From positions 1-31,111 of the forward strand of contig NIVC01001015.1 in the NCBI GenBank assembly GCA_002269645.1: DNA of 31,111 bases. The letters run 5' to 3'. This DNA comes from Macrostomum lignano. Taxonomy: Eukaryota. How positions within the stretch are numbered: the stretch's first letter is position 1; each line of letters begins with the position of its first letter. The position numbers were made by a program, and so were the translations under genes. Below, in pieces: positions 21,474-31,111 of this stretch. The notes below the pieces were generated by a model. The model saw nothing but the letters and a program-made list of their open reading frames with translations, did not search any database and was not told the DNA's origin.

Positions 21474-21487
21474 GTTTCCATAACAAC
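21474..21487. promoter_or_regulatory. Candidate RFX X-box
   Basis: GTTTCCATAACAAC fits the X-box consensus RTHNYYWTRRNRAC at all 14 positions; lies ~435 nt upstream of the ATG at 21039. Confidence 0.5.
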
Positions 21488-22249
21488 CGGTGTGAAGCGG
21501 CGAGTGACGTTTCTGTGTCATAATCATATCTTTGCCAATCTAGCCTAGCAGTACCTCTCCCCCAGAGTGCATTAGGGTGCGAGACCGCGCTGTTTCATAA
21601 TGAATATCTGGCAGTTTCTGCTGGGCAAAAACGGCTTACATGTATTCTGGCAGTCAAAGTTCGCTTGATAAATATTTGTTCTTGGAAAATATTCTTTAGA
21701 ATAAAAACTGGAACGTTGCTACAAAGCGTTGCGCTTCTCTAAGTAAACTTGGTTTGTTTTCAGATGTTGCTGGTGTACGAGTATAGTAAATGGCTTTAGA
21801 ATGTATTATATATTTTCTAACATGAAGCAGTATGACTATACCGGTAGGTAAGGATAAAGCAGTAATTTTATTCGGTTATGCATGTTCATTCAACAGTGTC
21901 TTGGTGGTTGATTTACAATAATTCTATACATGTAGGTTCGATCTTTTATGCGGTCAGAGGGGTCGTGGGCAACGATGCCCAATAGTTATTAATCACTTAT
22001 AATAAACAACTAAATAATAATATTATTAAAGTATTAATTTACTAAGTTATTATATACTATATTTATTATAACAAATATTAATAATAACTTCATATGAATG
22101 TTAATAACAAGATAATGCTGTATACTAAAAGAATACTTAATTATAATAAAAGTAATATTTGATACAAAAGATATCTAATAATAAGTTGTCATGACTACAG
22201 ATAGAATTAACGCAGTACCGCGGACCCCTTAAAGACATTGTATACAGTT

Positions 22250-25200
22250 CTATAATTTGACATTGTTGGACCTCGTCTTGCCAATTCCGGTCCGTAATTT
22301 TGAACTGGCAACGGAGGCGCCGCTAACGCTGCCAGTCTCCGAGTCGGAATTGTACTTGGCGTCCTCCGCAGGCGTCACGCCAAGGATGCGGGCCTGCTGT
22401 CGTACGCCGGCCGGCTTGAACCGGTCCGGCGGGTGGCTCGCTCTATTGTTGCAACAGTTTTCACGCCCTGTGGATGTAAATATAATATTAAGGCGTATAT
22501 CAACTGTCTTTGCTAAGGCCCGTGCCGATCTTGAACTTGAAAATGCTGACAATAAATATTCCAAATATTTAATCATCCTTTGGTAAAGAAACAATAATTT
22601 TCTGACTTTCTGAATACTAAACTAACAAACCCGGAGAAAATTCACGAATCCTGAATTAACAAACGCTGAGAAAATTCAGAAACCTTAAGTTATCAAACTC
22701 CGAGACATTTCACGAATCCTAAATTAACTACCGTGAAGGAAATTCAAATTCACGAATCCTACATTAACAAACCCGGAAAAACTCACGAATCTTGAATTTA
22801 AAAAATCCAGAGGAATTAACAAACACGAAAGTAACGTCTTGAAGCTGTGAAGCCTTCATTCCTTACCCATTCATAGAAAGCAAAGGCGGCAGCACTGCGC
22901 TGTTCAACCTCTTGAGCGTCGATGCCGTCTAGGATCTGCTTGCTTCTGGCAGCGATGCGCGGATCGACGCGGGTCACGTCCAGCGCGTCCATGTCGTGCA
23001 GGATGGTGCGGAGCAGCGGCTGGCAGCGCTTCCATTTCTGTCTTTTGGGAAACGGGGTGGATATAGTTTCAAACCGGTTCGTTTGGGGCAGTACATAATA
23101 ATTTGTTTACCGAGAAGCAGAGAAGAACACATGCAAAGGCGTTAAATTGACAAGTCAAGTTTAGAGGCCTGATCTCTTTAGGTCTGTAAGAACTTGCATG
23201 AGGATATGTAACACATTTTGGATGCAGGATCTGTATGAGCTAAGATTCGTAGGACTTTAAGAATCTGTATGACCTGTAGGGTTTCGTACGGTCTGAAGGA
23301 TCTGTGTGACCTGTAGGATTCACAGGACCTTCAGGATTTGTATGACTTGTAGGATTCTTAGGACTCGAAGGATCTGTTTTACCTGTAGGATTTCGTAGAA
23401 CTCGAAGGATCTGTTGACCTGTAGGATTCGTTAGGACTCGAAGAATCTGTATGACCTGTAGGATTTCATAGGACTCGAAGGATCTGTATGACCTGTAGGA
23501 TTTCGTACGGTCTGAGGATCTGCGTGACCTGTAGGATTTCGTACGGTCTGAGGATCTGTGTGACCTGTAGGATTTCGTACGGTCTGAGGATCTGTATGAC
23601 CTGTAGGATTTCGTACGGTCTGAGGAGCTGTGTGACCTGTAGGATTAGTAGCACTCGAAGGATCTGTATGACCTGTAGGATTCGTTAGGACTCGAAGGAT
23701 CTGTTGACCTGTAGGATTCGTTAGGACTCGAAGGATCTGTTTGACCTGTAGGATTCGTTAGGACTCGAAGGATCTGTTTGACCTGTAGGATTCGTTAGGA
23801 CTCGAAGGAACTGTTTGACCTGTAGGATTCGTTAGGACTCGAAGGAACTGTTTGACCTGTAGGATTCGTTAGGACTCGAAGGATCTGTTTGACCTTGTGC
23901 AATCATGCCCTTTCTCGCCCTCCTGCCCCGCCCCAACCCTCCAGTCTGCCCCACCCCTCCAATCAATAATCAATGCGTACGCCGATCACGCCACCCCCCC
24001 ACCTCCCCTGCTGTACCGTACATTTGTTCTTAAGTTATATTCATGTACGCGTAGGACCAATGAAAAATATATAGTCGCTGTCTGGAGGGCAGACTCCTTC
24101 CCTTGCGCGCGTTGGGCCGCCTCCGTTGGCTATTGAATAAAACGACTCGTCGATCTACCATAAAAAGTGCACGGCGAACTGCATCGGCTACGGTGTGTAA
24201 GTTCGTGTTCGCGAGTTATTGTCCTTTTTCTGCTTCTCCCTAGGGCGCGGGACGGGAGCTCTGACTGGGGACCTGGGGGTCGCAGCTTCCCGACAGGTTA
24301 AAGCTGTAGGCGTTGCTCCGGAGGACGGGCTCACAACAACTGGTGCCGTGACCAGGATTCCAGTTAGGGTTTCCGTAGGATTTCCACGGTCTGAGGATCT
24401 GCGTGACCTGTAGGATTTCGTACGGTCTGAGGGATCTGTATGACCTGTATGATTAGTAGCACTCGAAGGATCTGTATGACCTGTAGGATTCGTTAGGACT
24501 CGAAGGATCTGTTTGACCTGTAGGATTTCTTAGGATCTGAGTGACTCTAAATTAGTATCTAAAGAATCAGTCGAATCCCTCGATTTCTTAAAGGACCAAA
24601 AGTGAACAACAGTAAAAACTGGCCGCCAACTCGCCCTAGTCCGCTTCTCGTAGTGTCCGGCCAGCAGCAGCACAGCCTGCACGGCACCGTGGACCGCGTC
24701 CTGCGGACTGGAGTACCGTCTGAGCTCCGTGAGGCTGCGCGAGTTCGCTCCCAGCCGGTGCCGCGGCTGCCTCGCGCGCCGATTGTAACGCCACATCGCC
24801 TGTCGAGCTGCCGTCGCCTCCGCCGATACCAGCTTGGCCGCAACCGACGTCTTTGACATCGACGTCGCCGCGGTTGAGGTCAGGCCGAGATCGTCGAGCT
24901 CGCTTAGTAGGCGACGAAGCCGATGAACATCCGTCTGTTCGACAGCGCGCTGAAGATCTACGAGCGTACATGTAAAAGCGTAGAACGTTTCAGAAGTGTC
25001 CCGAATCTATGATTATTATCCAATTATAGGTAGCTAAATACGCCACGCAAAAATATACGTGGAAAGCTAAATTTACCTACTGAATCCAACTGCACGATTA
25101 ATTTAAGCTGAGTTGCTAACAGGAACCAATTAGCTAAAGGACCCAATGGCGTACGCAGGAATTTTAATTGGACTGAGCGCCCCAATTTTTCAGTGTCTTG

Positions 25201-28200
25201 GTTGACACCTCAATCTTCTAGGTGGGCGCCCCTGTCTTCTGGTGGGCGCCCTTGTCTCTTGGTGGGCGTCCCTGTCTTTTGGTGGATGTCCCTGTCTTCT
25301 GGTGGGCGCCCTTGTCTCTTGGTGGGCGTCCCTGTCTTTTGGTGGATGTCCCTGTCTATTGGTGGGCGCCCCTGTCTCTTGGTGGGCGCCCCTGTCTCTT
25401 AGTGGGCGCCCCTGTCTCTTGGTGGGCGTCCCTGTCTTTTGGTGGGCATCCCTGTCTCTTGGTGGGCGCACCTGTCTCTTGGTGGGCGTCCCTGTCTCTT
25501 GGTGGGCGCCCCTGTCTCTTGGTAGGCGTTAATCAACGTTAATTTAAAAGTGTTGAAATCTATATATTTCTAAACAGAAGAAATACCAAGTCATTGTTCC
25601 GACTGTCAAACGACGCTGACATTTTTTCTGTTAGAAGGTGGGATTTTTCCTAAAAGCGCTAGATTATTCAAAACAACCCCTGGACGCCTCAGTACAGCCT
25701 TGCCAAGCCTCCAAATTTCATCACATGTCCCTGCACCAAACTCTGACTTCGTTGATCACTGACCTTTACCCATGGGAAACTTCTGGACCTTCAACAGATG
25801 GCACCAGGTTACTCTACTGGACACTCTATTTCGAATTTCTCTAGTTTCGCTGAGCAAACCTCAACTGCTGGGCTCATTCACTCACCAACTTTGAGATCGA
25901 TAGCAGCCAGCACTAAGCACGCCTTGCCAGCCAGCTTCCGTGACACCGCCGCTCCCTGCTGATCCTTCAATGCCGCTTCTATCATGTCCGAATTCGCTGC
26001 CGCTATCGCCTCTTCCAGACGCTGACACGCCGCGGTGTCGGCCGCAGCAGCCGCGGCAGATGCAGCTTCCTCGTCGCCCTCGCCCTCGCCGTCGACTCGC
26101 CATCGCCGCCAGCGTCGCTGTCGCCGTTGCTCAATCAGCCTTACTGTCTCCAGTCGACTCTGACGTCGAGCTAATCGATTTGCCGCCTCATCCAGGAAGT
26201 CGCTGGCTCCGATCTCCGAAGTGGTTATCGACCCGAAAACTCTGACAGGATGGCAGCGGAGCACACGCCATTCGCCGTCGCCATTCCGGGCCCCGGCTGA
26301 GCGCAACAGTTTTAGCAAATAGTTGCCAGGCAGGCAAAATCGACAAGAAATTGAGCTGCCATCGACAGACAAAGTTGCAACGGCTCCCTCTGCCGGCACC
26401 AAATCAGCCTCGGCCTCGGCCATCTCGCCGCCATGTCGCCGTCGTTCCCAACCTCGAGGGCGCCAGGCCACGCGGAGCAGCTCGACACGTTCAACTGTCT
26501 CCTTTACCGTATCGACAGGCACAGACAGTTCCGCGGCAGTTGTCGCTTTGTACGGCTCGCCAAAGACGTCTTTGGACGCGTCTGACGCTGCCGACTCCAC
26601 CAGGCGCTGCCAGTTCGGCTGCGGCTGCTGCCGCCAGGCGGCTCCGTCGGCGTCGTCGGCGCCGCAGTCGGCTGCCACCAGGAACTGACAGACGGGCCGG
26701 TCGCGCAGACGCAACACCAGAGCGAGTTGGCCGCCGCCGGCCGGTGCGTAAAAATGTACACCGAGTCTGGACAGGTAGGCCGTGCCGGGAGGGGCCAGAC
26801 GATCACCCTGCTGGTAGACACGGCAGGTGAGCCTCAGGTAGCCATCACCGTCAATGTGCATCAATGCGACGGCCGCTTCACCATTTGATGCCGATAGTTC
26901 ACCGTTGGCAATGTCGCAGCCGAGCTCTAGACTGCCACCTGTAGCGGTGTTTCTCGTTGATATGTAACTGTGATTTCGTAGTGTGGTCTTCATTAAGGAT
27001 ACTCTCTAAAGTATTGTGAGAATTGTGGTCTAATTGGTACTGATCTAGCTGTAGGAACTGTGGCCTAATTGGTACTGATCTAGCTGTGGGAACTGTGGTC
27101 TAATTGGTACTGATCTAGCTGTAGGAACTGTGGTCTAATTGGTACTGATCTAGCTGTGGGAACTGTGGCCTAATTGGTACTGATCTAGCTGTGGGAACTG
27201 TGGTCTAATTGGTACTGATCTAGCTGTAGGAACTGTGGTCTAATTGGTACTGATCTAGCTGTGGGAACTGTGGTCTAATTGGTACTGACCTAGCTGTAGG
27301 AACTGTGGTCTAATTGATACTGATCTAGCTGTGGGAACTGTGGTCTAATTGGTACTGATCTAGCTGTAGGAACTGTGGTCCAATTGGTACTGATCTAGCT
27401 GTGGGAACTGTGGCCTAATTGGTACTGATCTAGCTGTGGGAACTGTGTGGTCTAATTGGTACTGATCTAGCTGTGGGAACTGTGTGGTCTAATTGGTACT
27501 GATCTAGCTGTAAGGACTGTGGTCTAATTGGTACTGATCTAGCTGTGGGAACTGTGTGGTCTAATTGGTACTGATCTAGCTGTAAGGACTGTGGTCTAAT
27601 TGGTACTGATCTAGCTGTGGGAACTGTGTGGTCTAATTGGTACTGATCTAGCTGTGGGAACTGTGGTCTAATTGTAAGGTCAAAAGGGTCAAACCTGAAC
27701 TGTCACTCCTGGGCGGCCCAAACTCGGACAGCTCGCCAGACGGGAACCCGCAACCGCCGTCGCCGCTCCCGCACCCTACTGGGCAATGCAGCGCAAAGCC
27801 AACAAAGCAATCGTCATATTGATAGTCATCGTCTTCCGTTAACAGCCGAATCTCCAAGTAGAATTTTCCTGGCCAAGGCGGCTCCACCTTGAATTTCAAC
27901 ACGCCGTCTCGATCGGTGCGAATTGGCCGGCTGACGCTGCAGTCGCCCGGCTGACGGCCGTCGATGGTGTTCGACAGACAGCGAAGGACGCTCGTGTAGC
28001 GACAGGGCAGGTGACGCCTTTGTTGAGTCTCTTGGAGCTCCAACTCGAGCAGCTCGCCCGGCCGGCCAAGGACAACATTCCACGGCCAGTTTAGGACGGC
28101 TAATCGGCCAGAGTGGCGCTCGAACTCCCCAGCCGTGCGCCGGCGAGGTAAACGGGCATCCGGTCGAACTCCGACTTGGTGAGCGGTCGGGCGAGCAGCT

Positions 28201-29073
28201 GCCAGACGGCTGGTGAATCGGTACTTTTATCGTCGCTATTAGCATCAAGCTGGCAGGGCAGGTGGGTGATGACGAACTGCTCCGGGTCGGTCAGGAAGAA
28301 GAACTCCCTGGAGTCTGTGTCGGCCGCCATCGCCGCCCAGCCAATGTCAACCAGTCGCCATTCGCCTCGCACAAAACAGGCAAACCAGCTGCCGCCCACC
28401 GGGGTGCGAAAGCCGGGGGCCAAGCCGGCACCTTTCTTGTACCCGAGAACTCGTTGGAACGGAATGCCAGCCTCGCTGCGTGGAGATGCGAAAGTTGGTT
28501 TTCTACTTAGTCAGATGATCAAACAGCTATTTTAAGCATTTCCACAATCTTAAACTGAAGTCACGTTAATTACCAACCTGAGCAGTTTGGCAAACACCTC
28601 AGAGTGTCTGTCCTCTCCCTTGGAGTCAGTCGATTCCGCCATCCGTCGCAGAGTCCTATAGACCGTCAGTTGAAGTTCCGACTCCGTCTTAACGAGTCTC
28701 CCAGGCCTGTTGCTGACTGCGCACACAAACCCGAACGCCGCTCTCAGTCGTTCGAGGTCGCCGCTGCATCGTCTGTACAGACGTTGGCACAAGCTTGCCC
28801 AGCTGTCATCTGGCTGCGGCAACTCCTCGGCTGACTGAGCGTCAATTGTCACAATGTCCGCTGGCTGTTTTGAAACTGCAGTAGCAGCTCAGCCTTGGTG
28901 CGTCGCGGCGGGAACGGAGGCGGTGGTGGCTGCCGGACGTCGTCAAGCTGCTGCTGGTCCTCTCTGGGCGGCTGTCCCAGCTTGCGCTGGCTTGTAGCCA
29001 GGCTCTGCGGCGTCGGGTACTGGCCTGACTGCAGCCGCTCACGAATAGAACTCGAGTGGTCTAATGCATAGTC
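22250..29073 (-). CDS. KY/hillarin-like transglutaminase-like (probably inactive) protein with beta-sandwich repeats and a C-terminal dynein-stalk MTBD-like module; 5' incomplete, ~1,000 aa modelled
   Basis: Model: 29073-28578, 28475-27695, ~26938(or 27001)-25886, 24957-24635, 23037-22867, 22467-22250. KY-family motifs VFAKLLSEAGIPFQRVLGYKKGAG, SWFACFVRGEWRLVDIGW, FFFLTDPEQFVITHLP, WQLLARPLTKSEF, FKVEPPWPGKFYLEI. Needs single-base insertions near 28870, 28128 and 22432. Confidence 0.75.
23225..23895. repeat. 36-37 bp intronic minisatellite (array 1)
   Basis: Units gacctgtaggattcgttaggactcgaaggatctgttt (37) and gacctgtaggatttcgtacggtctgaggatctgtgt (36). Confidence 0.9.
24375..24532. repeat. 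36-37 bp intronic minisatellite (array 2, same family)
   Basis: Same two unit variants as 23225-23895, separated from it by ~480 bp of non-repeat DNA. Confidence 0.85.
25215..25525. repeat. 20 bp intronic minisatellite
   Basis: Unit ggtgggcg(c/t)ccctgtctctt, about 15 copies. Confidence 0.92.
27025..27672. repeat. 35-37 bp intronic minisatellite
   Basis: Unit aactgtggtctaattggtactgatctagctgtggg, about 18 copies, filling nearly the whole intron. Confidence 0.93.
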
Positions 29074-29379
29074 CTGCGGAGATGTTTAATTAGTTAGACT
29101 AATTAGCCTAAAATTACCGATGGAGTCATCAAACAAAAGCAATTTCTACTAGATGGTAGCTATTTTTCTAAATCGATTTGAAGGCTGGTTCAAGCAAATC
29201 TATTTGATACTTGATGGGAAATGTTTTATAAAGATTAAACCAAGTTCCTCAAAACAATCGTAGCAGCTTTTCATAGCAAAAATAAATTTACACCGTCGTC
29301 AAAGATTACAGTCGTCGAAACTCGACTGAGGACAAGGCCCGCCTGAAGACCCTAAAAAAAGCCAAAAACGTTTGCTCGC

Positions 29380-30700
29380 AATGAACCAGAGGCGTTCTCT
29401 TGCGACGAACCAGAGACGTTCACTCGAGACGAACCAGAGACATTCACTCGAAACGAAATCAGAGACGTTCACTCGAGACGAACCAGAGAAATTCACTCGA
29501 AACGAAATCAGAGACGTTCACTCGAGACGAACCAGAGACATTCACTCGAGACGAACCAGAGACGTTCACTCGAGACGAACCAGAGACATTCACTCGTAAC
29601 GAAATCAGAGACGTTCACTCGAGACGAACCAGAGACATTCACTCGAAACGAAATCAGAGACGTTCACTCGAGACGAACCAGAGACATTCACTCGAAACGA
29701 AATCAGAGACGTTCACTCGAGACGAACCAGAGACATTCACTCGAGACGAACCAGAGACGTTCACTCGAGACGAACCAGAGAAATTCACTCGAGATGAAAT
29801 CAGAAACGTTCACTCGAGACAAACAGAGACGTTCCCTCGAGACAAACCAGAGACATTCACTCGTAACGAAATCAGAGACGTTCACTCGAGACGAACCAGA
29901 GACATTCACTCGAAACGAAATCAGAGACGTTCACTCGAGACGAACCAGAGACATTCACTCGAGATAAAATCAGAGACGTTCACTTGAGACGAAATCAGAG
30001 ACGTTCACCCGAGACGAACAAGACGATCGATCACCAGACGTTCACTCGAGACGATCACCAGACGTTCACTTGAGACGAAATCAGAGACGTTCACCCGAGA
30101 CGAACAAGACGATCGATCACCAGACGTTCACTCGAGACGATCACCAGACGTTCACTCAAGACGAAATCAGAGACGTTCACGTACTCGAGACGAACCAGAC
30201 GATCGATCACCAGACGTTCACTCGAGACGATCACCAGACGTTCACTCAAGACGAAATCAGAGACGTTCACGTACTCGAGACGAACCAGACGATCGATCAC
30301 CAGACGTTCACTCGAGACGATCACCAGACGTTCACTCAAGACGAAATCAGAGACGTTCACGTACTCGAGACGAACCAGACGATCGATCACCAGACGTTCA
30401 CTCGAGACGATCACCAGACGTTCACTCAAGACGAAATCAGAGACGTTCACGTACTCGAGACGAACCAGACGATCGATCACCAGACGTTCATTCGAGACGA
30501 TCACCAGACGTTCACTCAAGACGAAATCAGAGACGTTCACGTACTCGAGACGAACCAGACGATCGATCACCAGACGTTCACTCGAGACGATCACCAGACG
30601 TTCACTCGAGACGATCACCAGGCGTTCACTCAAGACGAAATCAGACACGTTCACTCGAGACGACACTCAAGACGAAATCAGACACGTTCACTCGAGACGA
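29380..30700. repeat. 24/25 bp satellite grading into a 93 bp higher-order repeat
   Basis: gagacgaaccagagacgttcactc and gaaacgaaatcagagacgttcactc monomers to ~30010, then a 93-bp period (seen as the 31-aa periodicity of ORF 30070-30780). Confidence 0.92.
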
Positions 30701-30935
30701 CAGATAGTGACTCACTCGCTTTCTTGGAAGGAGAACTACATGTACTGTACATGCATGGGCTAACTTACAACAATGATTAAATCCAGCTTCTAGGATCGAT
30801 AGTGCTGGCTTCAGGAACCATCTAGCAATCTAGTGCCCCCCTTCGGGGCGCGCAATTAGCGAGGAGCAAAAATTATTCATTGAAAACAATTCAAAGGCAC
30901 ATTCTTCACTTTTATAAATCACCTTATTCGAGTAA

Positions 30936-31111
30936 AGCAAGCATCCTGCAGATAGCAAGCATCCACCCAGATAGCAAGCATCCCCCAGATAGCAAGCATC
31001 CACCCAGATAGCAAGCATCCCCCAGATAGCAAGCATCCACCCAGATAGCAAGCATCCCCAGATAGCAAGCATCCCAGATAGCAAGCATCCCCCAGATAGC
31101 AAGCATCCACC
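30936..31111. repeat. 19 bp minisatellite running off the window end
   Basis: Unit gcaagcatcc(a/c)cccagata. Confidence 0.9.

Noticed and set aside
20400-22467. Possibility that genes 5 and 6 are one giant gene with two MTBD-like modules
   Set aside because: Gene 6's last exon ends in a stop at 22250 followed by an AT-rich 3' region, and no phase-compatible strong donor was found; gene 5 has its own ATG exon and X-box. Not fully excluded without cDNA.
28860-28880. Programmed -1 ribosomal frameshift at TTTCAAAAC
   Set aside because: Not a canonical slippery heptamer in frame; the same one-base loss recurs at many unrelated sites, favouring sequencing error.
29372-30780. Long ORFs on both strands and a CRISPR-like look of regular repeats
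   Set aside because: Head-to-tail satellite with no unique spacers and no cas genes; the ORFs are by-products of stop-poor repeat units.
30713-30840. Possible upstream exon of the KY-like gene (GTAAGT and GTGAGT donors on the minus strand)
   Set aside because: No clear ATG-led, phase-compatible open frame or homology; too weak to call.

Overview
Eukaryotic, intron-containing, minisatellite-rich genomic DNA, most likely from a flatworm. This rests on a platyhelminth-type EF-hand + dynein-light-chain (TAL) gene; a free-living Macrostomum-like genome is my inference, not a database result. Six protein-coding genes can be modelled: (1) 3-exon mitochondrial-type malate dehydrogenase (+, 835-3579); (2) intronless secreted PAN/apple + C-type lectin (-, 5912-6736); (3) intronless S10 serine carboxypeptidase with a GPI-type tail (-, 8109-9593); (4) 3-exon TAL protein (+, 11499-12364); (5) a ~1,600-aa protein with a ~3.9-kb acidic repeat exon and a C-terminal dynein-stalk microtubule-binding-domain (MTBD)-like module (-, 13924-21039); (6) a 5'-incomplete KY/hillarin-like pseudo-transglutaminase carrying the same MTBD-like module with the same intron positions (-, 22250-29073). 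The most interesting signal is the pair of tandem paralogs with a dynein-MTBD-like fold and no motor domain, one with an RFX X-box upstream. Other notable points: a candidate ~500-nt intron with a single internal adenosine, a GC-AG intron, and a 32-unit AP-1/5'-splice-site array behind the TAL gene. Genes 5 and 6 need about 7-8 single-base insertions to stay in frame, probably long-read consensus errors. No prokaryotic features, rRNA, tRNA or CRISPR arrays are supported. All family assignments come from motif recognition by eye.
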